From Octopus vulgaris (taxonomy: Eukaryota), in contig OX597816.1 in the NCBI GenBank assembly GCA_951406725.2, positions 45,508,001-45,572,000 of the forward strand: a DNA stretch of 64,000 bases, read 5' to 3'. Under the pieces are notes generated by a model. It saw only the letters and a program-made list of their open reading frames with translations, did not search any database and had not been told where the DNA came from. This document shows positions 1 through 13,570 of this stretch, piece after piece. How positions within the stretch are numbered: position 1 is the stretch's first letter; each line of letters starts with the position of its first letter. The translations under genes and the position numbers were made by a program.

Positions 1-30
1 GTGCAAGCACAAACATACACACATACAAAC

Positions 31-123
<93 letters not shown>

Positions 124-124
<1 letters not shown>

Positions 125-1778
125 CTCTGGTCAATACATGTTTTCAGGCACAAGGTTTATCAATAATTTTAGCTAATTTGATGGTAGGGGGAATGAGTTC
201 AAATCTGGCGTCAGATTTTGTCCATCACATCAGATTTTGGGGATACAAAACCTTTTAGCTTTGCTAGTAACAGCTGAACACACATAGATGCAATTTTTAA
301 ATTTCTTTTTTTTTTTTTTTTAATCTAATAAAGTTGTGGGAGTAAATGCACATTAGTATGTAAGCATTAAGCTTGGTGATAACAAAATATGAATACAAAA
401 TCTCTATCCGTTGTGGTCATTCATTCTGATTATGCTATTACTGCAAGGTCATCCTCTTTTTTGACGATCTCTTGTGCACAGCTTCTAGAATGACTCTCAT
501 CAAGCCTCAGCAGTAATCTGCCATCATGTTTGAGTATCATCGGCCTTGTTATCATCCTTCCATTACTTTTACGTCTTGATCAAAGCGTTCACTTTGTTCT
601 TCACCCAGGTTCTCTGGAAACTCACCAAGTGACTGTGTAAGTTAAAAACGATAAACGTCGCCCCTTTTCAAGCCTAGCCAGGCTCATGGGCCCGGTTTCC
701 CGGTTTCTGTGGCGTATGTGCTCCCAACAGCCTGTCCATCGCAGCGTTACTCAAGAAACAGGAAGAGAGAGTGAGAGAAAGTTGTGGCGAAAGAGTACAA
801 CAGGGGTCGCCACCACCCCCTGCCGGGGCCTCGTGGAGCTTTTAGGTGTTTTCGCTCAGTAAACACACACACACACAACGCCCGGTCTGGGAATCGAAAT
901 CGCGATCTTCCGACCGCGACTCCGCTGCCCTAACCACTGGGCCATTGCGCCTCCACGACTGTGTAAGTAGTGAAATTTAATGCTCCCTCTACATCTGAGT
1001 GTTTGCAAACTCACAAGCAGCTCCTCCACAATCTTTTTATTGTTGTAAGCTTTCCAGTTCTCAAGGAAATTCTGCACCACATCAGAGAAGGCATTTCAAG
1101 CTCTAGCCTCAGCTGCACTCATTGTTACGACAAAATGTGGGTCCCTGAGAAGTGTTCTTAATTGAGATCCATTAAATATTCCTCCTTCTTCTTCTCGTCA
1201 CTGAGACTTGGAAATATTTTACATACGTATATATCAGAAGCAATTCATCAAAGCTCTTGATCACAGTGGAGTTCATATAAAGACTAAGTTTTATGTGTAG
1301 TTGGGGGAAGACAATGTTTTTCCTATTAATCAGAAGGCCGTTAATAAGGTTCTTGTCACCCGCCGACAAACAGTTTCTCAGTGGGGGCATTCTTTTTTTT
1401 TCTCTTTTTTTTTTTACTCAGTGAAGCTTTGTAGCCCTATTATCCAAGAAGTACAGAAAACAAGGGTTCTTAGTGAAACCTCCTTGCTGGCCCCGTAGAA
1501 GATGTAGCATTTTCAGATCAACAAAAATGAACATCATTTGCATCCTCTCCAAAACAATCTTGATGTTGGCATACACCTCTTTCATTTTTATACCGTATTC
1601 TATTCCAGCATATAGTGGTGTAAAGTTAACTTTTCGTAAATAAAGGCATATACTAATGGTACAAATCTGATGTGATAGAGCAAATCTGAGGCCAGTTTTC
1701 GAATCAGCTCTCCAAAATTAGTCTAAAACAGCTCTTAGATTTTATGCCAGAGAAAATATTTTTATTTTGTTGACCAGT
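124..1778 (-). mobile_element. Decayed Chapaev3-like (CMC superfamily) DNA transposon with imperfect terminal inverted repeats
   Basis: Minus-strand peptide remnants GDKNLINGLLINRKNIVFPQLHIKL and FLENWKAYNNKKIVEELLVSLQTLRCRGSIKFHYLHS-H...FPENLG..EEQSERFDQD match the Chapaev3 transposase motifs PPLHIKLG and KIHFLHSHLD.FPENLG.VS.EQGERFHQD. Ends CTGGTCAATA (~126) and TGTTGACCAG (~1768) are inverted, and the subterminal TCAGATTT..CATCACATCAGATTT block is also inverted. Confidence 0.75.
643..956 (-). mobile_element. tRNA-derived SINE (family C) inserted into the Chapaev3 transposase remnant
   Basis: Head GGAGGCGCAATGGCCCAGTGGTTAGGGC...GGTTTCGATTCCC-type with Pol III A/B boxes. 12-bp TSD GACTGTGTAAGT at 631-642 and 957-968. 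Confidence 0.85.
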
Positions 1779-2601
1779 ATAATTAGAAGGAAAAATCCAG
1801 ACAGATATCAACAAAGCATTCAGTTTTAAACGAATTTGGTTACCTATATCCAACAGATACCAGTAAATATAAGTAGACTACACATCTAAGGTAATCCTTC
1901 ATGTATGACAAGTTGATCCAAATATTTAGAAAAATTTCGAGTAATTCAGAGTATTAGGCAACAAAAATATATATAGAAAAAGCACATCTTTATTGTAGAA
2001 TTCATCTTATAGACCGACAATTGTGTCTATTGTATTAACATATAATAGGGGGACCCGTGGAAATTCCACAGAACGAAAACGATTAAGAGAAGCTATTTAA
2101 GAAAGATAGGATGGTTTGCATTTTTATTTTTATTTTGCTAAGTTAATATGATTTTAAAAGTTCCCTCTAATAAACACTTTATATTTCGCTCTTTCTCTTT
2201 ACCTCTTCAACAAACTTTTAAACCATGTAATTCCCTTCTTCATGACTTTAACATTCTCTCTTTCTCTTCACCTCTCACTCTCGCTAGCCACATGAGTGAC
2301 AGCATAATGCATCGGCTAGCTATCTGCTTTCTCACTCACTCACTCTCATATTTTCTCTTCCTCCCTTTCACTCCACCTCCTCTTCCTCCTTCTCCTCCTC
2401 TGTAAAAAACTAAAGAGTAAAGTGCGAATGAACAAGTAGAAGAATAATATAGATTTAATTCAATAAAAAAATACTTTTCACTATCAACATACCTCCACCA
2501 TCACCATTACCACCCCCACCACCATCATCATTACTATAGCTTTCAGTAACAAAGCGCATTTCATTTCTGCCAAGTTGTTTGTTTATGTCTACTTTTTCTT
2601 G

Positions 2602-2838
2602 AAGGCGGCGAGCTAGCAGAAACGTTAGCACGCTGGGCGAAATGCTTAGCAGTATTTCGTCTGCCGTTACGTTCTGAGTTCAAATTTCGCCGAGGTCGAC
2701 TTTACCTTTCATCCTTTCGGTGGTCGATAAATTAAGTACCAGTTACGCACTGGCGTCGATATAATCGACTTAATCCGTTTCTCTGTCCTTGTTTGTTCCC
2801 TCTCTGTTTAGTCCCTTGTGGGCAATAAAGGAATAATA
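2602..2838 (+). mobile_element. tRNA-derived SINE family B (central CCTTTCATCCTTTCGG..GTCGATAAATTAAGTACC block, Meta-domain-like)
   Basis: Full-length copy with 14-bp TSD TCTACTTTTTCTTG (2588-2601 and 2839-2852). Other copies or fragments at ~7270-7680, 45313-45544, 46290-46690, 47760-47992, 51206-51690, 59530-59880, 61560-61760 and 63063-63295. Confidence 0.85.
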
Positions 2839-2904
2839 TCTACTTTTTCTTGCTGTCGCTGTGTCTCTAACCTGACAATACAAACGTTATCTGCCTCTCT
2901 GTCC

Positions 2905-2943
<39 letters not shown>

Positions 2944-3190
2944 GCTAGCTCGTTCAATATAACTGCCTCTCCTGTCCATCTCAATCTGCTAAATATTATA
3001 CCCTAAACATATCACTTTCTCTTTACTTTTCCCTCCCCACCCTAAAGCACGTCGTTAACGCTTCTCTCTCCCTTTTCTCTCGCCGTCTTTTTTCTCGCTC
3101 TTCGCCTCTCCCTTCAACTAACCACGTGACACATTTGGCCTTATTATACATCTTTCTCTACATCTTCCTCATTTCTTTCTCTACTCTCAC

Positions 3191-3223
<33 letters not shown>

Positions 3224-3559
3224 CCTCTATCTCTCTCTTTCTCTCTCCCTCTCTCTCTCTCTCTCACTCACACAATCACAAACACCACCTCTCACTCACT
3301 GCCCCTCCACCTCTCTTACTAACTGAAGTATAACGGGCGAACGAACAACCAGATTATCATATAGATATATATACAAAATATCATTGAAATTAATATTACC
3401 GGAAATATATGTTAACAACGTTTTCAAGGCATTACAAAAAGGCCTTTCCCGAACCGTAGACTTATAAAGTTGCTTTACCGGATTCTTACGATCACTCTTA
3501 ACTATATGTATGTATGCATGCATGTATGTATGTATGTAGGTATGTATGTATGTATATCA

Positions 3560-3853
3560 TGTGATCACGTGACCATCAGATGTTGCTACACATCGCTGGT
3601 CACAATGCGTTCGCATTGTTTTAGCCTTCGAATAACGCCACCCCGCTGGCTAAGCGAGCAGGCCAACAGTAGAAAGAGTGAGAGTAAGAGTGGTGAAAGA
3701 GTACAGCAGGGATCATCACCCCCTCCCAGAGCCTCGTGGAGCTTTTTAGTTGTTTTCGCTCAATAAACACACACAACGCCCGGTCTGGGAATCGAAACCG
3801 CGATCCTACGACCGCGAGTCCGCTGCCCTAACCATTGGGCCATTGCGCCTCCA
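3560..3853 (-). mobile_element. SINE family C copy
   Basis: Same head and body as 643-956. Further copies at 25910-26228 and 61972-62268. Confidence 0.8.
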
Positions 3854-4099
3854 CATATGTGTATATATCTTCTATTTTTTAATCATTATAAATCTTACAC
3901 TGAGGAGGGAGGCGGTTTCCAACAAAGATAGAAGGCTCTATCTTTGGTATGTAGTTAACACAGACACATTCACATTTGGAACTTGAGAAAAGACTTGCAT
4001 ATTTTTACTATTCCACTCACAGACTGCACTTGTAATGTAGGAATTAGCCGGTCGATTTCTCTTTCTGAAAATCGCAGATTCTCCTTAATTAACTACATA

Positions 4100-4130
<31 letters not shown>

Positions 4131-4274
4131 TGTATGTATGTATGTCATTTTTCAGTTTTATTTCAAGATATCTAGCCAACAGAGAAATCCAAGGCTCCTT
4201 CATTGAAATTTTAACATCAGCAGGGTATTGTATATATGTATGTAGGTATGCATGTATGTATTCTTTTATTCGTT

Positions 4275-4702
4275 TTTTTACTTCTTTCAGTCAGTTGATA
4301 GTGGCCACGCTGGAGCACCACCTTGAAGAGCTTTAAGTCCAACAAATCGACCCGAGGAGTTATATCTTAAGCCTACTACTTATTTTATCGGTGTCTTTTT
4401 TGCCGAACCGCTAATTTACGGGGACGTAAACACACCATCACCTGTTGTTAAGCGGTGATGGGGCGACAAACACAGACACAGGCACATAGATGTGTGTGTG
4501 TGCGTGTGTGTGCGGGTGTTGTGTGTGTGTGTGTGTGTGTGTGTGTGTCTACGACGGGCATCTTTCAGTTTCCGTCTACCATATCCACTCACAAGGCTTT
4601 GGTCAGCTCGAGGTTATAGTAGAAGACTCCTACCCAAGGTGGCACGCAGTGGGACTGAACACGGAATCACTTGGTTGAGAAGCAAGCTTCTTACCACATA
4701 CC
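4275..4702 (-). mobile_element. tRNA-derived SINE family A (internal TA/TG microsatellite, TAAAAGAG-repeat tail)
   Basis: Diverged copy of the dominant repeat of the window (consensus A box TGGCTGTGTGG, B box GGTTCAGTCCC). Confidence 0.8.
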
Positions 4703-4758
4703 TAAACCTCATTTGTGTGTGTGTGTGTATATATACGTATAATATATTGTATATATGT

Positions 4759-4826
<68 letters not shown>

Positions 4827-4973
4827 ACATATACATATATATATTTCATTAGTCCTGCTTGCTTACGTTCATAGTGTGCTAAATCTGTCTTGAGAACAAT
4901 TCTTAGTGGTTGAGACCCTTGCGGATCTATTTTTAGCGTAAGAGCGTCCACATAGTGGATTCTCTCTCATATT

Positions 4974-5067
<94 letters not shown>

Positions 5068-5560
5068 GCACACATGTATATATGTATACATACACATTCT
5101 ATACCTGTGTATGTGTGCATGCGTGAACGTATGTGTATGTTTAAGACAAATATCTGTGTAATAGTTGTACTTATGTGTAACAAAATATTTCTCTTGTCAC
5201 CATGGTAATTGAAAAATGGTGTACTTCCTTTTCCTATATTTCTTAATTTGTCTTCGTTATTATACTATAATTTTCTACGATATAATTTCCCCTTAGTTTC
5301 ATAGATTTTCACACGTAAATCTCTCCAACATGATGCTTGTCCATAATGGTGTAATTTGGTTATTTGTTTTCTACGTTTTTAGTTTTTCGTTTCCTCGCTC
5401 AAACACTTTCAAATTAAAAAGTAACGTTGTGTATATATATATGAGTATGTGTCTATAGTCTATAAATGTACGTCTCTCGTTTTCTCTCTCCCTCTCCCCC
5501 CTCTCTCTCTCTATATATATATAATATACATACATACACACACATATATATATATATATT

Positions 5561-5602
<42 letters not shown>

Positions 5603-5788
5603 ATTTATATATATGTATATTATATGCTATATATGTATATACATACACGCACACACACATATGTACTTATACATACATACATACATACATACATACATAC
5701 ATACATACATACATCATACATAGACATGTGCATACTGGTATACACATACACACGCACACGCACATGTAAGTATGTATGTATGTATGTC

Positions 5789-5826
<38 letters not shown>

Positions 5827-5864
5827 CTCATTTCTGGTAGATACATATATATGTATATGTATAA

Positions 5865-5979
<115 letters not shown>

Positions 5980-6344
5980 GTCAGTAAGAAAACCTAAATA
6001 AATACACACAGCAACAAAAATCAAATTAAAACTACGTAGAACATTAAAAAATAAACATGACTACAAGGCGAATTTTTATTAGAATTCTAATCAAAAATGA
6101 TTAAAGTAATTACAAAAATCGTATACATGGAAGGAAATATATAAAAACTTTATTTGATATTCTTCTCCAAAATGTTTCAAAATCCATGAAAAAAAAATGA
6201 GGGAAAAGAAATATCTTGCCATTTGAAGAGCAATGCAAGATGGGTTTGTTGTATATACGCGCATGATCGATTTTAACATGTCTCATGGGAGTTGCTGGGC
6301 AACGTAGAGGTCAGAATAAAATGAAAGAAAGAGGATTGGAGGTG

Positions 6345-6497
6345 GCGGTGTGGTAAGAAGCTTGCTTCCCAACCACATGATTTCGAGTTCAGTCCCACTG
6401 CGTGTTACCTTGGGCAAGTGTCTTCTACCAAAGCTCGGGGGCCGACCAAAGCCTTGTGAGTGGATTATTTGGTAGACGGATACTGGAAGAAGCTTGT

Positions 6498-6583
<86 letters not shown>

Positions 6584-6588
6584 CGTGT

Positions 6589-6630
<42 letters not shown>

Positions 6631-6875
6631 GTGTGTGTGTGTCTGTAAACTTATGCTTAGATATACAAATATGACAAATTTAACCATTTTCCTTAGATTG
6701 AAAAGAGAGAAAAATAAACGATGAGCAGAATTCATCAATTTCAGAAACTTATTGGATTCTCATCAGATAAGCGTGACACCTTGGGCAAGTGTCTTCTACT
6801 ATAGCCTCGGGCCGACCAAAGCCTTGTGAGTGGATTTGGTTGACGGAAACTGAAAGAAGCCCTCGTATAAATAAG

Positions 6876-6969
<94 letters not shown>

Positions 6970-7190
6970 TGTGTCTGTGTTTCCCCCCCCCCAACATCGC
7001 TTGACAACCGATGCTGGTGTGTTTACATCCCCGTAACTTAGCGATTCGGCAAAAAGAGACCGATAGAATAAGTACTAGGCTTACAAAGAACAAAGTCCTG
7101 GGGTCGATTTGCTCGACTAAAAGGCGGTGCTCCAGCATGGCCACAGTCAAATGACTGAAACAAGTAAAAGAGTAAAATAGTATAGAGTAT
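6345..7190 (+). mobile_element. Two SINE family A copies (5' part at 6345-6645; 5'-truncated copy at 6770-7190)
   Basis: Matches the other family A copies, including the GACTGAAACAAGTAAAAGAG tail. Confidence 0.8.
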
Positions 7191-7711
7191 AGAACGTGAT
7201 GACAGACAAATAAAAGTAAAAAGTAAAAGATTATATGTCTACATTAATTTGACCAATCCAGAGAAGTAAGTAGCCTAGCACGCCGGTCGAAATGCTTAGC
7301 TCTATTTCGTCTGTCTTTACGTTCTGAGTTCAAATTCCGCCGAGGTCGACTTTGCCTTTCATCCTTTCGGGGTCTATAATGGGTGTCGATCTAATCGACT
7401 GACCCCGTCCCACAAAATTTCAAGCCTTATGTCTAGAGTAGAAAAGAATATCAATAAATGAATAGAAGCTGGCAGGTTCGTTACTACGCCGGAAAAGAAA
7501 AAGTGCTGAACGGCATTTCCTTCGATATTACGTTCTGAATTCAAATGCTGCAGGGGTCGAATTTGCCTTCCATCCTTTCGGTATCGATAAAATAAGTACC
7601 AGTTGAACACTCAGATCGATGTAATCGACTTGCTCCCTCTATCTAAATTGCTGGTCTGGAGCCAAAATTTGAAACTAATATCAATCCACACATAGGTACA
7701 TGCACATATAT

Positions 7712-8112
7712 ACTCTTTTACTTGTTTCAGTCATTTTGACTGTGGCCATGCTGGAGCACCACCGTTAGTCGAGCAAATCGACCACAGGATTTATTCTTTG
7801 TAAGCCTAGTACTTATTCTATCTGTCTCTTGTGCCGAACCGCTAAGTTACGGGGGCGTAAACACACTAGCATCGGTTGTCAAGCGATGTTGGGGGGATAG
7901 ACACGGACACACAAACACACACACATATATATACATATACATATATACGAGGGCTTCTTTCAGTTTCCGTCTAGCAAATCCACTCACAAGGCTTTGGTCG
8001 GCCCGAGGCTATAGTAGAAGACACTTGCCCAAGGTGACACGCAGTGGGACTGAAACCGGAACAATGTGGTTGGTAAGCAAGCTACTTACAATATAGCCAC
8101 TCCAACGCCTAT
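7712..8112 (-). mobile_element. SINE family A copy
   Basis: Near full-length reverse-oriented copy. Confidence 0.85.
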
Positions 8113-8782
8113 ACATACATACAAAAATACCGTGCTGTTGATGTTGAAATTCCAAAGAAAATGCCTTGGATCTGGGTTAGAAACCAGCTCTTTTTCTATT
8201 GGCAAGAAATCTTGAAATAAAACTGAATAATGACATACATACATACATTTATACATACATACATACATACATACATACATACATACATACATACATACAT
8301 ACATACATACATACATACGTACATATATACATACATATATACATACATGCATACATACATACATACATACATACATACATACATACATACATACATACAT
8401 ACATACATACATACATACATACATACATACATACATACATACATACATACATACATACGTACATACATACATACACACTCATTTCATTTGTTCTCTGATC
8501 ATTTGGAACTCAAAAGAAACACGATTAGTCATCTACTCTTGTCGGTGCCAGCATCTGATCAAACACACATCTCACACACACACACATACACACACACTCA
8601 CACACACACATACACAAATATCTATTATATACATACATACATACATGCATAAACACACATATGTGATTATGTACGAGCATCTATCTCAGTAATTTATAAG
8701 TATCGACCAAGTTATTAATTCAAAGCGCAATTTACCAGATACAAACCAAGACTAACAATTGAAGCTATGAATTAAAACCAAA

Positions 8783-9315
8783 TACAGTTAAGAATCCCTT
8801 ATCCGAAATTCTTAGTACTGAAAATGTTGCAGGTTTCTAGGTTTTCGGATTTCGAGGTATTATTTCTTTTTCTCTCATCTATAAAATGGGACAAAAACAC
8901 AATATCCATTTTCGTTTTATAATGTTGCTTATACATTTAACCTAAATGTAGTTTTATATAAGATTATAATAGATGTTTTTTTTTATACATTATACCATCA
9001 GAAAGGTAAGATATCAGTCTCCACTTATGATATCATGTTCTGATTAAAAGTTTGAAGTATATGCACGTCATTTACCGTTTATTCTGGAATTTGGCTTTAT
9101 GTAAGGTAAAAAAAAAAGCATAGGCGTAGTGGCTGTTTGGTAAATAGCTTGCTTACCAACCACATAGTTCCAGGTTCAGTCCCACTGCATGGTACCTTGG
9201 ACAAGTGACTTCTAGTATAGCCTCGGGCCGACCAAAGCCTTGTGAGTGGATTTGGTAGACGGAAATTGAAAAAGCCCGTTGTATATATGTATATATATAT
9301 GTGTGTGTATATATT

Positions 9316-9389
<74 letters not shown>

Positions 9390-10020
9390 TGCGTCTGTGT
9401 TTGTCCCCCCAACATCGCTTGACAACCGATGCTGGTGTGTTTACGTCCTCGTAACATTAGCGGTTCGGCAAAAAGAGACCGATAGAATAAGTACTAGGTT
9501 TACAAGGAATAAGTCCTGGGGTCGATTTGTTCGACTAAAGGCGGTGCTCCAGCATGGCCACAGTCAAATGACTGAAACAAGTAAAAGAGTAAAAGAGTAT
9601 AGAGTATAGAGTATAGAACGTGATGACAGACAAATAAAATGAAAACTGAAAATATCAGCACTTTATATTTAAAGTTATGTACAAGTAATGACGCTAGTCG
9701 TGTTACATTCGTAGATGGAGGTAAAATTTGGATCGCATGTAAAAATATCTTTTACTTCTCGTACAAAACAAAAAAATGCTTGATGATCACTGCTTACAAA
9801 CTTGAGGATAATGCATCCACAGACATTACAGCTGCGTCAGATTCGAGAAATTTTGCTGACAGAACTATTTCAGCCTGTGTTGAATGAACAGCTGGAATAC
9901 CATATAGTTGGTGGAACTTTCCAAGCACTTTATGGAATTTTCCATTTGGAGCTTATTATGTCAGCATTCAAAAAACTTCCAGAAGTTTTCGGATTTGGGA
10001 ATTTCGGATTTTTAATTGCA
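8783..10020 (+). mobile_element. Decayed pogo/Tigger-like DNA transposon remnants, interrupted by a SINE A copy
   Basis: TACAGTTAAGAATCCCTTATCCGAAATTCTTAGTACTGAAAATGTT and repeated TTTCGGATTT blocks resemble Tigger4-type termini. Highly diverged. Confidence 0.4.
9120..9620 (+). mobile_element. SINE family A full-length copy
   Basis: Head, internal (TA)n/(TG)n and TAAAAGAG tail all present. Confidence 0.85.
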
Positions 10021-10069
10021 CTATTATATGATGTTTATGGGTATGTATGTATGTATGTATGTATGTATG

Positions 10070-10136
<67 letters not shown>

Positions 10137-10139
<3 letters not shown>

Positions 10140-10673
10140 AGGTCACTTTCGAGTGCTATTGGTAACATGTAACCCAGTAACCCATGGTCGGGTCGTCGGC
10201 GACTAAACCGGCAACCCCACCGAGCTTGCTTGGTGAGGAGGGTGTTTATTGGACACCCTGCGGGATGAAAAACAAAACCCGTCAAAGGGCGGAGGAACTC
10301 TTGAGAGTCAACGGCCATCCAATAAATGTCTTAAGGTTGTATCATGCGCGGGGACATAGAAATAATCGGACTGAATACCCGATTGCGCGGTTAAACCATT
10401 GGGAGTGAAGGACTCCTAGCCTTTGTTAAGGCATCCTTCTAGGAGAAGGTAACTCGGGTAACTGGGATAACTCCGATATAAAACCTGCGGCTCAGTGGTT
10501 ACCGATGATGTTGACTTGTTCTTCTTTTCGGATTATGACTGTTGTTGCTTAGTGAGTGGGACTGACTCAGTGCACAGCCTTTCCTCACTTTAAAAAAAAT
10601 CTTGTACAGGCATTGCATGATAACAACATTGATTAAGCTTTGTGCAATGGCCATACTCGATAACGAGGGGGCA

Positions 10674-10676
<3 letters not shown>
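10137..10676 (+). mobile_element. GC/CpG-rich non-coding element embedded in (TA)n, probably RTE-LINE 5'-UTR-related
   Basis: GGCATCCTTCTAGGAGAAGGTAACTC...AAAACC resembles the conserved RTE 5' UTR block. Flanked by (TA)n on both sides. Confidence 0.45.
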
Positions 10677-10724
<48 letters not shown>

Positions 10725-10967
10725 CAATTCTTTATTCAAGCACTCACGCTCTTACACAGAGGGGACAGTACAAGGACAGACACAACACCACAGTGGGGAC
10801 AAAAAAAACATAAAACGAATAAAATGGAAAACTGAAAACAGATATTGTTATATTTCGGGATGGTTTTTTTCTTGTCAAATATACACTATAGTGCGTGTGC
10901 TCATTTAGCAAGAAAACAAATAACCATCATACACACACACGCACACACACATACACACACACACACA

Positions 10968-11012
<45 letters not shown>

Positions 11013-11380
11013 TTTTTTGTATTGAATACGTATCGCCACCGTGGGCCACTGCATCGAACACTTCGAACATATACTTCAAACTATATATCAACTATACATG
11101 AACTATATATCAACTATACATGAACCCTAAGATGTCTGACTCCGTTGTGTATTATAAATGAATTTCTTGTGTTTGACGGCATGAGCTGTCTTTTTTTATA
11201 TATAACTTTTTTTGATAAGGTTCATTTCAGGAACTGAAACATGTTATAATGTATATATAAAAATTAAAAATTGTATAATACAGCAGCATTTTCGAACTTC
11301 ATTTTTTACAAATATATATAGAGAGAGAGAGAGATACGTACATACATACATACATACATATATATATATACATACATACA

Positions 11381-11465
<85 letters not shown>

Positions 11466-11589
11466 CCATTTCCAAGTAAGTTTATCTTCACCTTTTTGAT
11501 GCGACTCTCTACGGTACACTGTTTTCTTCCTCCATCTTTCTTTAATTCCCTTTTTCTCCCCTCCCTCCTTCGCCGTTTTCTATCTCTCA

Positions 11590-11620
<31 letters not shown>

Positions 11621-12121
11621 TTTCTCTTTTTCTCTCTCTGTCTCTCGTTGCTCATATGTGACCATCTTTCTTTTCTTACACGGACATTCAAAAGAACGGA
11701 CGTGTTTTTTCTCTCTCGCCCTCTCTTTTCTCTTTTCAAAATAAATGTTTCTCCCGGCGTTCACTATTTTCCTCTCGTTCTGGTCTAACGACCCTCCATG
11801 TTTGTTTTCCTTCGGTTTCCTTGTATGTGTTCACTGTCATGCTTTTGGTCCCAACTTTGACCCTCCATAAATCCTAAATTTAAAATTTAGAATTTACGGG
11901 AGCGACTATCTTTGAAGACTCGTATTGTCGTTGAATGCTCGAAATGAGGAGTAGATAGACAGCCGACAACTGATGAAGGATCCTTTCTCTGTTTACTTGT
12001 CCTGCTTCCCATTTTTTCTCGTTGTTTACGTATTTAACTCGTTTGTTTACGTATTTCATGTTATTTACACCGTTGGTGATATCCTGCACCCATATATGCA
12101 TGTATATATATATATGTATAG

Positions 12122-12234
<113 letters not shown>

Positions 12235-12267
12235 TATAGTTATATATATATGTATATATATATATGA

Positions 12268-12323
<56 letters not shown>

Positions 12324-12324
12324 A

Positions 12325-12710
12325 CAGGCGCAGGAGTGGCTGTGTGGTAAGTAGCTTGCTAACCAACCACATGGTTCCGGGTTCACTCCCACTGCGTGGC
12401 ATCTTGGGCAAGTGTCTTCTGCTATAGCCCCAGGCCGACCAATGCCTTGTGAGTGGATTTGGTAGACGGAAACTGAAAGAAGCCTGTCGTATATATATAT
12501 ATATGTATATATGTATATATGTGTGTGTTTGTGTGTCTGTGTTTGTCCCCCTAGCATTGCTTGACAACCGATGCTGGTGTGTTTACATTCCCGTCACCTA
12601 GCGGGCTTACAAAGAATAAGTCCCGGGGTCGATTTGATCGACTAAAGGCGGTGCTCCAGCATGGCCGCAGTCAAATGACTGAAACAAGTAAAAGAGTAAA
12701 AAAAAGAGAG
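12325..12710 (+). mobile_element. SINE family A copy
   Basis: Intact head AGGCGCAGGAGTGGCTGTGTGG, small internal deletion, tail present. Confidence 0.85.
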
Positions 12711-13026
12711 TTATATATATATATGTAAATATATTATATATATATATAGTTATATACATATATATATATAAATATATATACATATATATATAAATATATA
12801 TATATATAGTTATATATATAACTGTATATATGTATATATAACTATATATATAACTATATATATAGTTATATATATATATATATATATATAACTATATATA
12901 TAGTTATATATATATATATATATATATAACGGGAAGCTTTATGAAAATAAACAAAAGACGAAGGCAGGTGGAAAACAAACGAACAATTGTATTAGTATGG
13001 CGCTCAGGAAATATAAATAAAACAAG

Positions 13027-13064
13027 TCTTTAACGTTTCGAGCCTACGCTCTTCAACAGAAAGA
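13027..13064 (-). ncRNA. Minimal type I hammerhead ribozyme motif in the PLE 3' terminus (core variant CUGUUGA)
   Basis: Minus strand reads UCUUU-CUGUUGA-A-GAGC GUAG GCUC-GAAACGUU-AAAGA: stem I, stem II, palindromic ACGU helix III and GUU cleavage triplet. Confidence 0.7.
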
Positions 13065-13234
13065 TACACAGAGAGAGAAAAACACAGAAAGAAGGAGAGA
13101 AAAAAATGCGTGCAGTAGCTAACGAATCAACATGGCGATCTGATTTCGGCCAGAGGTCAAAGATCAAACATGAGACGCGAGAGCGAAATAAGGGGAGATA
13201 ATAGGGTTGATAAAAGGGTTGAGGGACCAGCTAA

Positions 13235-13570
13235 AAGTGCGTGGGAGGGGTCTGGATGTGTGTATGTATAGGGTTGGTGTATGTATTAGTATGTATAAGG
13301 GTGTGTGTGTGTGTGTGTGTGTGTGTATGAGAGAGTATTAGTGCGTAAGATTGGTCTGGACGTGCGTATGTATGGGGTTGGTGTATGTATTAGTATGTAT
13401 TAGTATGTATTAGTACGTATTGGTATGTATAGGTGTGTGTGTGTGTGTGTGTGAGAGAATATAAGTGCGTATGCGGGGTCTGGACGTGTGTATGTATAGG
13501 GTTGGTGTAAGTATTAGTATGTACTAGTATGTATTAGTACGTATTAGTTTGTATTAGTTGGTGTGTGTAT
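13235..13570. repeat. Three ~105-125-bp tandem units in the PLE 3' UTR
   Basis: GGTCTGGAYGTGYGTATGTAT.GGGTTGGTGTA.GTATTAGTATGTA recurs three times, with (GT)n tracts between the units. Confidence 0.8.
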
